Assembly (NCBI GenBank): GCA_905235385.1
Contig: CAJOLB010000005.1
Location: 1-51,210, forward strand
Source: an uncultured Alphaproteobacteria bacterium
GTDB lineage: Bacteria > Pseudomonadota > Alphaproteobacteria > RF32 > CAG-239
Length of the DNA: 51,210 nt
Direction: 5' to 3'
Both the position numbers and the translations under genes were made by a program. Below the pieces are notes generated by a model that worked only from the letters and a program-made list of their open reading frames with translations, was not told the origin of the DNA and did no database searches. Shown here one piece after another: positions 25,291 through 34,040 of this stretch. Positions within the stretch are counted from its first letter, which is position 1, and each line of letters opens with the position of its first letter.

Positions 25291-26336
25291 GATTTTAATT
25301 GTCCGCAAGCCGCTAAGATATCCTGACCTCTGGCAACTCTGACAGGACAAGCAAAACCTGCCTTATTTAAAATGTCGGCAAATTTTTTGATATTTTCGGG
25401 TTTGCTCGGTTTAAATTCGCATCCGGGCCATGGGTTAAAAGGAATTAAATTAAAAGTCGCACGGATTTTATTGTTTTTAAGGATTCTAACCAGTTCTTGA
25501 GCATGGTCCGAAGAGTCATTAATACCGTCAAGCATCAAATATTCAAAAGTGATGTAACGGCTGCCGTCTTTTTGTTGATATGTTTGACACGCTCTTAAAA
25601 TTTGAGCGATATTATAAACTTTATTGATAGGCATTAATTCCGTTCTGATTTCATCTGTCGGGGCATGAAGAGAAATCGCCAAACGAACCCCTGTTTGTTC
25701 CAAAACAGAATTAATCTCCGGAACAATACCGCAGGTTGACATTGTAATTCGCCGTCTTGAAATTGCGATTCCGTCTCCGTCAGATAATATGTTTAAGGCT
25801 TTAATAACGTTTTCTTTGTTTTGAAGAGGTTCACCCATTCCCATCACAACAATATTCGAAAGATAACGTGTTTCGTTTGTGGGGCTTGGCCATTCACCGT
25901 ATGCATCGCGCGCAACCATAAATTGAGAAACAATTTCGCCCGCAGTTAAGTTTCGCGTCAGTTTTTGAGAACCTGTGTGGCAGAATTTACAACCCATGGC
26001 ACAACCGACTTGTGTTGAAATACAAACAGCACCTCTGTCAAGCTCGGGGATATAAACGGTTTCAACCCTTTCGCCGTCTGAAAATTCAAGAAGCCACTTA
26101 TGTGTTTTATCTTTTGAAACTTGTTCGGTAACAATTTTCGGTCGTGTTAAAACAAATTTTTCATCAAGTTTTAAGCGTAAATCTTTTGAAAGATTCGTCA
26201 TATCATCAAATGAGCGAACACCCTTAAAATAAAGCCATTGCCAAAGTTGTTTAACGCGGTAAGGCTTTTCACCCATCTCTTCAAGAAAAAGAGATAATTC
26301 TTCTTTTGAAAGCCCGATGATTTCTGTTTTTTGCAT
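25275..26336 (-). CDS. rlmN: 23S rRNA/tRNA (adenine-C2)-methyltransferase RlmN (radical SAM)
   Basis: 353 aa. YRVKQLWQWLY N-terminus, CISTQVGCAMGCKFCHTG cluster motif. Confidence 0.9.
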   Translation of the reverse strand: MQKTEIIGLSKEELSLFLEEMGEKPYRVKQLWQWLYFKGVRSFDDMTNLSKDLRLKLDEKFVLTRPKIVTEQVSKDKTHKWLLEFSDGERVETVYIPELDRGAVCISTQVGCAMGCKFCHTGSQKLTRNLTAGEIVSQFMVARDAYGEWPSPTNETRYLSNIVVMGMGEPLQNKENVIKALNILSDGDGIAISRRRITMSTCGIVPEINSVLEQTGVRLAISLHAPTDEIRTELMPINKVYNIAQILRACQTYQQKDGSRYITFEYLMLDGINDSSDHAQELVRILKNNKIRATFNLIPFNPWPGCEFKPSKPENIKKFADILNKAGFACPVRVARGQDILAACGQLKSKKQG

Positions 26337-26842
26337 TATTTTTTACCGCATTTCGCGTTGATGGCTTTATAAGCTCTGGCAAAACCTTTAAGCGAATAAG
26401 TGTCTTTTGTCTGAGTGCCGCGAGAGGACATACCTTCAACAAGCATACGCTCGCCGCGGAACATCGCTTTAACAAGTTTTGCGTCATCAGCATCACTTAA
26501 AGTCCACGCTTTATCATCCTCGGTGAAAAAGTTTGAAAAAACTTCCTGACCGATTTTAACCGTAAATTTTGCACCGTCTCTAAAACTGTAACCTGCGACA
26601 AAATTAACAACATCAAAACTTTTATCCGCCGGACGATGTGTAACAACAGCATAAATATCACCTCTTTTTGTGTATTTTCCTTCATCTTTTTTAGGGGTGG
26701 AAGCAATATAACAAACCGTGTTGTTACCCTCTTTGAATGTGTATGCGGACCAATCGTTATAATCACCGATTAATTTCGGAGCTTCGGCTGCAAAAACATT
26801 GAAAGAACAAAGCAAAACAGCAAAAAACAAAATTTTTTTCAT
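26336..26842 (-). CDS. invasion-associated locus B (IalB)-like periplasmic protein
   Basis: Start chosen at MKKILFFAVLLCSFNVFA (signal peptide). WSAYTF...NTVCYIAS pattern resembles IalB. Confidence 0.65.
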   Translation of the reverse strand: MKKILFFAVLLCSFNVFAAEAPKLIGDYNDWSAYTFKEGNNTVCYIASTPKKDEGKYTKRGDIYAVVTHRPADKSFDVVNFVAGYSFRDGAKFTVKIGQEVFSNFFTEDDKAWTLSDADDAKLVKAMFRGERMLVEGMSSRGTQTKDTYSLKGFARAYKAINAKCGKK

Positions 26843-26941
26843 TTTACATACCTTTTTATTAAAAACATTCAAAATATAGGTTGCATTCTAAAAAAAAACT
26901 GTTAAAAGAAAGCAAAGATTTAATAAAAAGGTCTTAAAAAA

Positions 26942-28171
26942 ATGATGCGACCGGAATATTTAGATGTTAGTCGTATAATAAGCGATAAAAACATCTTAAA
27001 GCTTTTTGACGCCGTTCATGATTATGGCGGAGCCCTTCGATTCGTCGGCGGTGCGGTAAGAGACGCACTGGCAAACATGAAAGGGTTTGAAATTGACTTA
27101 GCGACGGATTTAACACCGGATGAATTGGTTGAAGCCTGTAACGAAAAAGGATTAAAAACCGTTTCGCTCGGCTTAAAATTTGCAAGAACGGGGGTTGTGA
27201 TAAACAACCGTATCTTAGAGGTTTCATCTCTTCATAAAAGCGCAAGAGCAAGCTTAAAAGACTCAGATCTTTCTTTTACGGACGATTGGAATGCCGATGC
27301 ATCAATGCGTGATTTGACAATCAATGCGGTTTATGCAGATGAAAACGGCAATGTTTTTGACTATTATAACGGTATTGATGATTTGGAAAAAGGGATTGTC
27401 AGGTTCATAGGTAAAGCCGAAGAAAAAGTAATAGAACAACCTATCCGTATTTTGCGTTTTTTCAGATTTTATTCAACTTTTGCAAAAACAAAACCGGATT
27501 TGAAGGCATTAAAAGCTTGTGTGAAAAATAAAGACTTATTAAAGACAATTGCGGTTGAAAAAATAAGAGAAGAGTTTTTTAAGATTTTAACAACGAAAAA
27601 CGCCGCAACAGTCATAGAGATGTTAACGGAAAACGATATTTTATCTTTTCTGTTTCCGAAAAACATAAACACCTCGGTTCTTGAAAACTTAAACAAAATT
27701 GTTTCATTTAATAACTTAAATCCGGATTCGATCAGAAGGCTTTTTGTTTTGTTTGAGCCGGACGCTGTTTTGGCCGATTCGCTTGCTTTAAGGCTTCATT
27801 TAACAAAAGCGCAAAAATCACGATTGTTTAATTTATCAAAATTTATTTTTAATCCGGTCAAATTTGACGATGAAACATATTTGAAAAAAGTGATGTTTTC
27901 ACATGGTAAGGATTTTGTGAAAGACAAAATTTTAATTGCGCTCGCATATAACAATATGACGGATTATGATGTTAAAGAACTTTTTGATAAAATAGATCAT
28001 TTTGATATTCCTCAGTTTCCGATACACGGAAAAGATTTAATTGAAATCGGAATGAATGATTGTTTACCGATTAAAGAAATTATTGCGCGCCTAAAAGCCG
28101 ATTGGATGGATTCGGGGTTCGTTTTATCAAACGATGAATTAAAACAAAAAGCAAAACGAATGATTAAATAA
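26942..28171 (+). CDS. CCA-adding enzyme / poly(A) polymerase family nucleotidyltransferase
   Basis: 409 aa. FVGGAVRDAL...EIDLATD head-domain motif. Confidence 0.8.
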   Translation: MMRPEYLDVSRIISDKNILKLFDAVHDYGGALRFVGGAVRDALANMKGFEIDLATDLTPDELVEACNEKGLKTVSLGLKFARTGVVINNRILEVSSLHKSARASLKDSDLSFTDDWNADASMRDLTINAVYADENGNVFDYYNGIDDLEKGIVRFIGKAEEKVIEQPIRILRFFRFYSTFAKTKPDLKALKACVKNKDLLKTIAVEKIREEFFKILTTKNAATVIEMLTENDILSFLFPKNINTSVLENLNKIVSFNNLNPDSIRRLFVLFEPDAVLADSLALRLHLTKAQKSRLFNLSKFIFNPVKFDDETYLKKVMFSHGKDFVKDKILIALAYNNMTDYDVKELFDKIDHFDIPQFPIHGKDLIEIGMNDCLPIKEIIARLKADWMDSGFVLSNDELKQKAKRMIK

Positions 28172-28177
28172 GCTTTT

Positions 28178-28546
28178 TTATAAAACGATTTTAAAAGCTA
28201 CAAAAACAATAATCAAAATAAAGATTCGCGCAATATGACGGATCCAAACGCTTTTATCATATTCGGCAGAGCTGCGGAAAACACCCATCACCAAAATGAT
28301 GCTGTAAAAAATTAAAAAAGCAAGCAATGTAAAATATGAAATTGTTAAAAAAAGCATCGTGTTATCCATGTTGATAAAAGAGAAAACTTTTCTGTAATAT
28401 TCAAAAAGGCGCAAACCATTTAAGCGATGAATAAGAAAAATACGGAAAAGATACATAACAAAAGTGATTAAGGAAAGCCCCCAAACGCCATATTTCCAAA
28501 ATATTTGCCTTAATTCAAACTGACCGTGTAAAATTTTTGAAAACAT
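28178..28546 (-). CDS. small membrane protein, unknown function
   Basis: 122 aa with 3-4 hydrophobic segments. Confidence 0.5.
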   Translation of the reverse strand: MFSKILHGQFELRQIFWKYGVWGLSLITFVMYLFRIFLIHRLNGLRLFEYYRKVFSFINMDNTMLFLTISYFTLLAFLIFYSIILVMGVFRSSAEYDKSVWIRHIARIFILIIVFVAFKIVL

Positions 28547-28593
28547 AACCTTTCTCCTTTAACAAAAAACAGAATAAAGATAGACGAATTTTA

Positions 28594-30300
28594 TTAAAAT
28601 TTTGTTATAAGATTAATATAAGGCTTTCGTCCGAGCTTCTTTTGAACATCGGCAATATACTCATTGATATCAGACCAATCGGTCCACTTTTCAACAAATT
28701 CCTGAGCGGTTTGAACAGATTTTGAAAGCTGAACAAAAATGGTTTCAGAAAGCAATTTTTGCATCACTTCATCAATTTTTTCAAAACGAATATGAAGCTT
28801 GTTTTCAGCATCAAAGAAAATAACATCATTTTTCAAAAGATAATTAAATTCAAGCAAATCAGCCATGCGATGCGGTTTTGAAAGAACGGGTTTTGCTTTT
28901 AAAAACAAAGATATAATCCAAGAGGTATAAATCTGTTTTAACTCAAAATCATGATACGTTCCGAAATGTTTGGCAACCTCTCTTAAAAAGGCGATGGAAA
29001 TTGTGTTTGCTTTGTGTTCTTCGATAGTGTGAGCATAAACACCGAGCGCATTTTTGAAACTGCTGTCAGGACCTAATGAATGACCGTTTTCATGCCCGAT
29101 AACAAAATGATGTCGCATGGAAGCGTCATAATATTGATGAAGCTCGGGAGCCACAAGAATGTTTAACAATTTTTGGGCGCGCTCGTCATCTTTGGCAAAA
29201 CGAACCTGACGATGATAAACATTTCGTCTGCCGCCGCCTGTTTGAACGGATAATTTGTCATCATTCGGAAGATTTTGAGCGGTGGTAATACCGCCTCGGC
29301 ACATCGCATAATCCCCCGTTAAGGCCATCAAATCGACATCAACCATTGTTTGTTTTGAATCTGTTTCAATTTTTTGGGTGTATCTTTCATGATAAGGCAT
29401 CAGTTTTGCAAGATAAGGCAAGGTGTCTTTAGATCTTAAAATAAGTTCGGTGCCTTTTTTGTTAAGAAGACCTACCCTGCAGCCTAAAGTGTCTTTGGCG
29501 TTGACCTTGATTTGAAAATCTTCAATTAATTTTTTAAGTTTCGGATTTGAAAAAACGGTTCCGGTTAATTCATCTTCATAATTTTCACGAGAAACCGTAA
29601 ATTCAATCATGTTATTTTGTAGTTTTGCCCAATGTTTATCGGCAAGCATATCCATATCTTCATTGTTTTGCAAAAATGCCTGAGCCTGCCATGAAAGATA
29701 ATCTTCAAATTCATGATCTGTTGTGTAGTGAGCGGCAACCTCAAGTTCGTTGGCAATTTTTGAAAACAAGGGTTCAAAATATTGGGTGTAATCAATAGCT
29801 TTCAAAAATTTTCCATAACGGCGAACCATTGTTCTGTTTGATAAAATCTTTTTAATTTCATCAATAAGGTTTTCTTCGAACATATCAATCAAAATTTTAT
29901 GAAATTCATCAACGCTTAAATCAGACGGATAAAAATTTTTGCCCGGATTTTGATGAACGTTTTTTAAGATTTCAATAGGTTTGGGATCAATACCGTTAAG
30001 ACCGGCAACACCGTTAAGGCTCTTAAAAAGACGATAAGCTTTTTGAATATATTGATTGTCTTTGTTTTTCTCAAAAGCCTGTTTGATTTGAAGGTTGAGT
30101 TCATGGTCTTGTTCTAAGGCAACGTCATTGATAAAATTTGCGGCGTTGATTAAATGGGTTAAAGCCTTTTTATCATTTTCATCAAGAGTTTGATATGTTT
30201 CAAAATCAGGGCCGATCAGTTCAATATTGCGTGTCTGTTTTTCCAATATATCATCAAGTTCTTCTTCGGTTAGATTTATTTCATAATTTTCAATTTTCAT
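28594..30300 (-). CDS. putative zinc metallopeptidase, M49 (DPP III)-like with pentapeptide HENGH
   Basis: 568 aa. VIGHENGHSLGP plus a downstream EEHKAN that resembles the second M49 motif EExRAE. Confidence 0.55.
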   Translation of the reverse strand: MKIENYEINLTEEELDDILEKQTRNIELIGPDFETYQTLDENDKKALTHLINAANFINDVALEQDHELNLQIKQAFEKNKDNQYIQKAYRLFKSLNGVAGLNGIDPKPIEILKNVHQNPGKNFYPSDLSVDEFHKILIDMFEENLIDEIKKILSNRTMVRRYGKFLKAIDYTQYFEPLFSKIANELEVAAHYTTDHEFEDYLSWQAQAFLQNNEDMDMLADKHWAKLQNNMIEFTVSRENYEDELTGTVFSNPKLKKLIEDFQIKVNAKDTLGCRVGLLNKKGTELILRSKDTLPYLAKLMPYHERYTQKIETDSKQTMVDVDLMALTGDYAMCRGGITTAQNLPNDDKLSVQTGGGRRNVYHRQVRFAKDDERAQKLLNILVAPELHQYYDASMRHHFVIGHENGHSLGPDSSFKNALGVYAHTIEEHKANTISIAFLREVAKHFGTYHDFELKQIYTSWIISLFLKAKPVLSKPHRMADLLEFNYLLKNDVIFFDAENKLHIRFEKIDEVMQKLLSETIFVQLSKSVQTAQEFVEKWTDWSDINEYIADVQKKLGRKPYINLITKF

Positions 30301-30826
30301 TTTTGGTCTCCGATATTTGAATTTTTGGCTTTAGAGAAAATCTTTGAGCAGCATTTATAATATTTTGATGATTAAAACTCTGATTTTCAAAAACAGCAAT
30401 GATTAAACTTTTTTCATCTTCAAGGATTTCTTTAACAGATGTTTTATCAATATCACACGAAACCTGAATAAAAGGAACGTGGTTAAAAAAGGACTCAAAA
30501 TAAGAAATGTCATTATTTGTGCAATTGATCAGAAAAATTTGTTCAAGTGATGACGATTCGATAAAGGAAAGAAGAGGTTTTAGATAATATGAATTCTTTC
30601 TGTTTTCAAGAAAAAGGATTTTATTTTGGTGTAAATCAGGGGTTTGAAAAACAGCAGAATACAAAAAAGACGGATTCGGTTTTAAGGGCAGAGGTTTCGG
30701 TTTCGGGCTTAAATAAAGCTGATTAAAACGAATAAAATTTACGGCAACAATAAAGAAAAGGCAGAAAATAAAAACAATCCGCGCAAACAGTTTTTGATAA
30801 AAAGATTTAGCGTTATTCTGTTCCAT
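30290..30826 (-). CDS. membrane-anchored hypothetical protein
   Basis: 178 aa with a single N-terminal TM segment. Overlaps the downstream peptidase gene by 11 nt. Confidence 0.5.
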   Translation of the reverse strand: MEQNNAKSFYQKLFARIVFIFCLFFIVAVNFIRFNQLYLSPKPKPLPLKPNPSFLYSAVFQTPDLHQNKILFLENRKNSYYLKPLLSFIESSSLEQIFLINCTNNDISYFESFFNHVPFIQVSCDIDKTSVKEILEDEKSLIIAVFENQSFNHQNIINAAQRFSLKPKIQISETKNEN

Positions 30827-30976
30827 ATAAAACCCTCAAAAAACAATTTAGATGATTTAAAAAAGTAATAAAAGAAAACTATCCAAAAAATCCACAAATG
30901 AAAAAAAAATTAAGAAAATGAGTTGTTGACAGGGTGTTTTGACGGTGTTAAACAAAAGAAAACAAAAGAGGAAAAA

Positions 30977-31771
30977 ATGGCAAGACGAAACACAATAAAA
31001 ATATATGAAAAAGAAGATTTTGAAGGCATGAGGAAGGCGGGAAAACTTGCTGCCGAATGCTTGGATTTTATAACGCCTTATGTCGTTCCGGGGGTAACAA
31101 CCGAAGAGTTGGACGACTTGTGTCATAAATTTATTGTTGAGCACAATGCAATTCCGGCATGTTTGGGTTATCACGGATATCCTAAAACGGTTTGTATTTC
31201 AACAAATCATGTGATTTGTCACGGCATTCCGGATAAAGAGCACAGGCTTCTTGACGGAGACATCACAAATATTGATGTAACGGTGATTGTTGACGGTTGG
31301 CACGGAGATACAAGCCGTATGTATTATGTCGGTTCGCCGAAAATTAAAGCAAAACGTTTGTGTGATGTAACATATGAATGCTTGATGCGCGGGATTGATG
31401 TGGTTAAGCCGGGTGCTCACTTTGGCGATATCGGTGCGGTGATTGAAGAATATGCGCATCATTACGGATATTCTGTTGTGGATATGTTTTGCGGTCATGG
31501 CTTGGGAAGAGTTTTTCACGATGAGCCGAACGTGATGCACTGTGGCGTTAAGGGAACAGGTCCGGTGATGGAAGAAGGAATGTTCTTTACCATAGAGCCG
31601 ATGATTAATATCGGCAAAAAAGACGGTTTGATTTTATCAAACGGTTGGACAGCCGTTACGCGCGATAAAAGCTTGTCGGCACAATTTGAGCATTCACTCG
31701 GGGTAACAAAAGACGGGTGTGAAGTTTTCACTTATTCACCCAAAGGTTTGGATAAACCGCCGTATAAATAA
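30977..31771 (+). CDS. map: type I methionine aminopeptidase
   Basis: Start at MARRNTIKIYEKEDFEGMRKAG after AAGAGGA. Metal ligands are in the usual contexts (DITNIDVTV, HGLG, FTIEP, EH). Confidence 0.9.
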   Translation: MARRNTIKIYEKEDFEGMRKAGKLAAECLDFITPYVVPGVTTEELDDLCHKFIVEHNAIPACLGYHGYPKTVCISTNHVICHGIPDKEHRLLDGDITNIDVTVIVDGWHGDTSRMYYVGSPKIKAKRLCDVTYECLMRGIDVVKPGAHFGDIGAVIEEYAHHYGYSVVDMFCGHGLGRVFHDEPNVMHCGVKGTGPVMEEGMFFTIEPMINIGKKDGLILSNGWTAVTRDKSLSAQFEHSLGVTKDGCEVFTYSPKGLDKPPYK

Positions 31772-31817
31772 AAAATTCTTGCTTTTTAAAAATTAATGTG
31801 TATAAAGAAAACACTTT

Positions 31818-31856
31818 CGGGATTTAGCTCAGCTTGGGTTTTGCGCTTGCTTTGGG
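31818..31856 (+). pseudogene. degenerate 5' half of tRNA-Pro (acceptor to anticodon), not foldable
   Basis: CGGGATTTAGCTCAGCTTGGGTTTTGCGCTTGCTTTGGG versus real CGGGATTTAGCTCAGCCTGGTAGAGCGCTTGCTTTGGG. Diverges after the anticodon. Confidence 0.6.
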
Positions 31857-31968
31857 CGTGAGGATATAAAATACCTGTTACGGTATTTTATACCGCAAAC
31901 GGCGAAGTTTTGTTATTGAGCAAGTAAAGCGACAGCAAGCGCGGCGAAATTACAAAACGAGTGACCGA

Positions 31969-32007
31969 AGCGAAGTTGCTTAAAGCAACGAGCAAGAAAG
32001 ATGTCGT
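31969..32007 (+). pseudogene. degenerate internal fragment of tRNA-Pro (anticodon arm to variable region)
   Basis: AGCGAAGTTGCTTAAAGCAAC-GAGCAAGAAAGATGTCGT resembles AGCGCTTGCTTTGGGAGCAAGATGTCGT. A 9-mer AGCAAGCGC antisense to the tRNA lies at 31934-31942. Confidence 0.4.
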
Positions 32008-32052
32008 TGACATCTTGCATATATCTTATTATGATGCCTTTGGTTTTGTTAA

Positions 32053-32129
32053 CGGGATTTAGCTCAGCCTGGTAGAGCGCTTGCTTTGGGAGCAAGATGT
32101 CGTAGGTTCGAATCCTATAGTCCCGACCA
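32053..32129 (+). tRNA. tRNA-Pro (anticodon UGG), CCA encoded
   Basis: CGGGATTTAGCTCAGCCTGGTAGAGCGCTTGCTTTGGGAGCAAGATGTCGTAGGTTCGAATCCTATAGTCCCGACCA folds as a cloverleaf. Anticodon loop TTTGGGA. Confidence 0.9.
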
Positions 32130-32132
32130 ATG

Positions 32133-32162
32133 AAAAAGGACACCCTTGCGGTGTCTTTTTTT
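32133..32162. terminator. terminator after tRNA-Pro
   Basis: Stem GACACC (32139-32144) / GGTGTC (32150-32155) followed by TTTTTTT. Confidence 0.75.
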
Positions 32163-32194
32163 ATTGGCTTTGGGATTTGGATTTGAACCTACGA
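32163..32194 (-). pseudogene. inverted copy of the tRNA-Pro 3' half
   Basis: Minus strand TCGTAGGTTCAAATCCAAATCCCAAAGCCAAT versus real TCGTAGGTTCGAATCCTATAGTCCCGACCAAT. 15 of the first 16 nt are identical. Confidence 0.6.
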
Positions 32195-32198
32195 GAAA

Positions 32199-32299
32199 GT
32201 AGGTTCGACAACCAGCGAAAGCGAGACTTTAAGTATCGCGGTCGGCAAAGCCGATGAGCGCCTGTGCGGCGAAATTATGAGCCAATCCTATAGTCCCGA
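32199..32299 (+). pseudogene. third, sense copy of the tRNA-Pro 3' region split in the T-loop by a ~75 nt insert
   Basis: GTAGGTTCGA (32199-32208), then the insert, then AATCCTATAGTCCCGA (32284-32299). Joining the two reconstitutes the real 32102-32126 sequence with a 1 nt ambiguity. Confidence 0.55.
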
Positions 32300-32308
32300 G
32301 GGATAAAA

Positions 32309-32337
32309 GAAAAACCCGCCTTAAAGGGCGGGCTTTT
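32309..32337. terminator. bidirectional terminator
   Basis: Stem CCCGCC (32315-32320) / GGCGGG (32327-32332) flanked by A- and T-runs. Confidence 0.7.
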
Positions 32338-32356
32338 GAGGTTACGTTTGGAACTA

Positions 32357-32551
32357 CTAGATGATGTAGTTTCTGTAAAAAATCCTTTTGATAATCATCG
32401 CGAAGATGGCAACCCAAGAAAAGATTCCGCCTGCGATGAGAAAATAGGCGGCAAGGTCGGGCAGACCATTCCAGCCGCAGATCCAAAAAATCAAAATGCA
32501 GACACCCGCCAAAGCGATGGTGATGTCGCGGATAAAAGCTGTAATTTTCAT
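32357..32551 (-). CDS. small two-TM membrane protein (hypothetical)
   Basis: 64 aa, hydrophobic, ends just upstream of terminator 32309-32337. The competing ORFs 32336-32866(+) and 32229-32486(-) look non-coding. Confidence 0.4.
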   Translation of the reverse strand: MKITAFIRDITIALAGVCILIFWICGWNGLPDLAAYFLIAGGIFSWVAIFAMIIKRIFYRNYII

Positions 32552-32623
32552 ATAATTATAGTGTTAAAAATTTTCAAACTGAAGGTAATGTATCATAAAA
32601 CAAAATTTTGTCAAATACTATTT

Positions 32624-33046
32624 TTAAAGCGATTCGCGCCAATCTTTTCCGTTAATCAAAAGCTTTTTAGCGATGGGCTGACGGCCTTTTTGATAAGCAA
32701 AAACAACTTGAAAAACATTATCTTTGCTGTTTCTTCTCGCAAAAAGTCGCTCAAGCGCGTAAGCTTTTGTTTCCGAAACATAAAAACGGCACTGTCTGCC
32801 CCAAGTTTCTTCTTTGCAAAATTCATTTGTAGGGCAAAGATTGTTTTCAAACTGAGAGCAATCTGACGCGTCCCAATCGATTTGATAAGCAATATAACGC
32901 CCCGATAACAAATCACGCGGATCATAACCTGTGATTGAAAGGGTGACTTCGGAAAAATTGCGGCGCTCAAAACTTAAATAACAAGACCATGCCAACAAGC
33001 AAACAAGCGGCAAAACCAAAAGAACGGCGAGCAATGATTTTTTCAT
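32624..33046 (-). CDS. GDYXXLXY domain-containing protein
   Basis: 140 aa. N-terminal anchor, YDPRDLLSGRYIAYQIDW matches the family motif region. 4 nt overlap with the upstream DUF2157-like gene. Confidence 0.7.
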   Translation of the reverse strand: MKKSLLAVLLVLPLVCLLAWSCYLSFERRNFSEVTLSITGYDPRDLLSGRYIAYQIDWDASDCSQFENNLCPTNEFCKEETWGRQCRFYVSETKAYALERLFARRNSKDNVFQVVFAYQKGRQPIAKKLLINGKDWRESL

Positions 33047-34011
33047 TTAAAAATCTCCAATTTTTGAATATGTTTAGATGTTTTTTTGAAAAGATAAAAC
33101 ATCAGCAAAATAGCAAATCCGCACAAAATAAATCCGAAGCCGGACTTAAGCAAATCATCAAAAAGCGAGGCAAAAAAGATAAAGATATAAGCCTCTGCCA
33201 AAAAAGCATTATGTTTGAAAGACGAAATGTTTTGTTCCTTAAACGCCCAAAACATACGGCAAATCAAAAACAGCGCGACAAATAAAACGGCCAAAAACGT
33301 AAACTTATGGTTGTATGAATGTGCAAGACCGTAAGAAAAAACAATGTTAATCAGGGCTATATATGCGCTGAAAACGGATAATTTTGAAAAAGCCTTAAAA
33401 AGCATAATTTTCTTTTTGGTAACATCATAAATCATATCAAAAGCATAAGCAACCGCTGAGGCTGTTAAAACAAACCAAACAAGCCCCTCGAAATGATTGA
33501 AAATATAATCAAAAAATTCTTGTAAAAGGTCTTGAGATAGACACGAAAACAAAAGAAAAGACCAGATAATATTAAACGAAACGGAGCGGCTGAGCAGCAC
33601 ATAAGGGATTGAGAGCAATGTCCATGAAAGCGCAAAAGAAGACCATCCGCCGTTTAAATTAAAGGTTTGAGCCGTTAAGCCGATTGAGGCACCGACCATT
33701 AAAAACGAGAGGAACAAAAACATATCCTTAAAATGAGGTCGTTTATTTTGGGCGCAATAATAAGCACCGTATAAAAATGAACCGAACGTTGCAAAATTAA
33801 GCACAAATTTATACAAAGTCGGCAAATCTTCCCAGTTTGCGGCAACAATCAGGCATATTCCGAGCCCGATAAAAAGACCGGCAATTACAAGTGCGGTTTT
33901 TGCAACAAAACCGCTGTTGTTGTTGCGTTCAAACGTTAAAATTTTTTCTTGTTGTTCCTTGGTAATAAGCGAACGCTGAACCCAAGTATTTAATTTGTTT
34001 TTAAGTGACAT
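33043..34011 (-). CDS. DUF2157-like polytopic membrane protein
   Basis: 322 aa. N-terminal LNTWVQRSLITKEQQEKIL followed by about 9 TM segments. This family is the usual partner of GDYXXLXY proteins. Confidence 0.65.
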   Translation of the reverse strand: MSLKNKLNTWVQRSLITKEQQEKILTFERNNNSGFVAKTALVIAGLFIGLGICLIVAANWEDLPTLYKFVLNFATFGSFLYGAYYCAQNKRPHFKDMFLFLSFLMVGASIGLTAQTFNLNGGWSSFALSWTLLSIPYVLLSRSVSFNIIWSFLLFSCLSQDLLQEFFDYIFNHFEGLVWFVLTASAVAYAFDMIYDVTKKKIMLFKAFSKLSVFSAYIALINIVFSYGLAHSYNHKFTFLAVLFVALFLICRMFWAFKEQNISSFKHNAFLAEAYIFIFFASLFDDLLKSGFGFILCGFAILLMFYLFKKTSKHIQKLEIFK

Positions 34012-34040
34012 ATCAGCTCCTTTTGGATAACAACAATATT

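Noticed and set aside
30857-31174. 105 aa minus-strand ORF overlapping the map start region.
   Set aside because: It overlaps the confidently identified methionine aminopeptidase gene and its RBS. The sequence is low-complexity and Phe/Leu-rich.
31818-32129. Intron-containing tRNA-Pro (5' half at 31818-31856 joined to a downstream 3' half).
   Set aside because: The D-arm of the upstream half no longer pairs. No intact 3' half follows in register. The intervening ~135-195 nt has none of the group I core elements that I can recognise. An intact uninterrupted tRNA-Pro lies right next to it.
31913-32866. ORFs 31913-32143(-), 32229-32486(-) and 32336-32866(+) around tRNA-Pro.
   Set aside because: They overlap the tRNA gene, its pseudo-copies and terminators, or lie antisense to the GDYXXLXY gene. 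Their translations are low-complexity and Arg/Lys-rich. They are treated as spurious.
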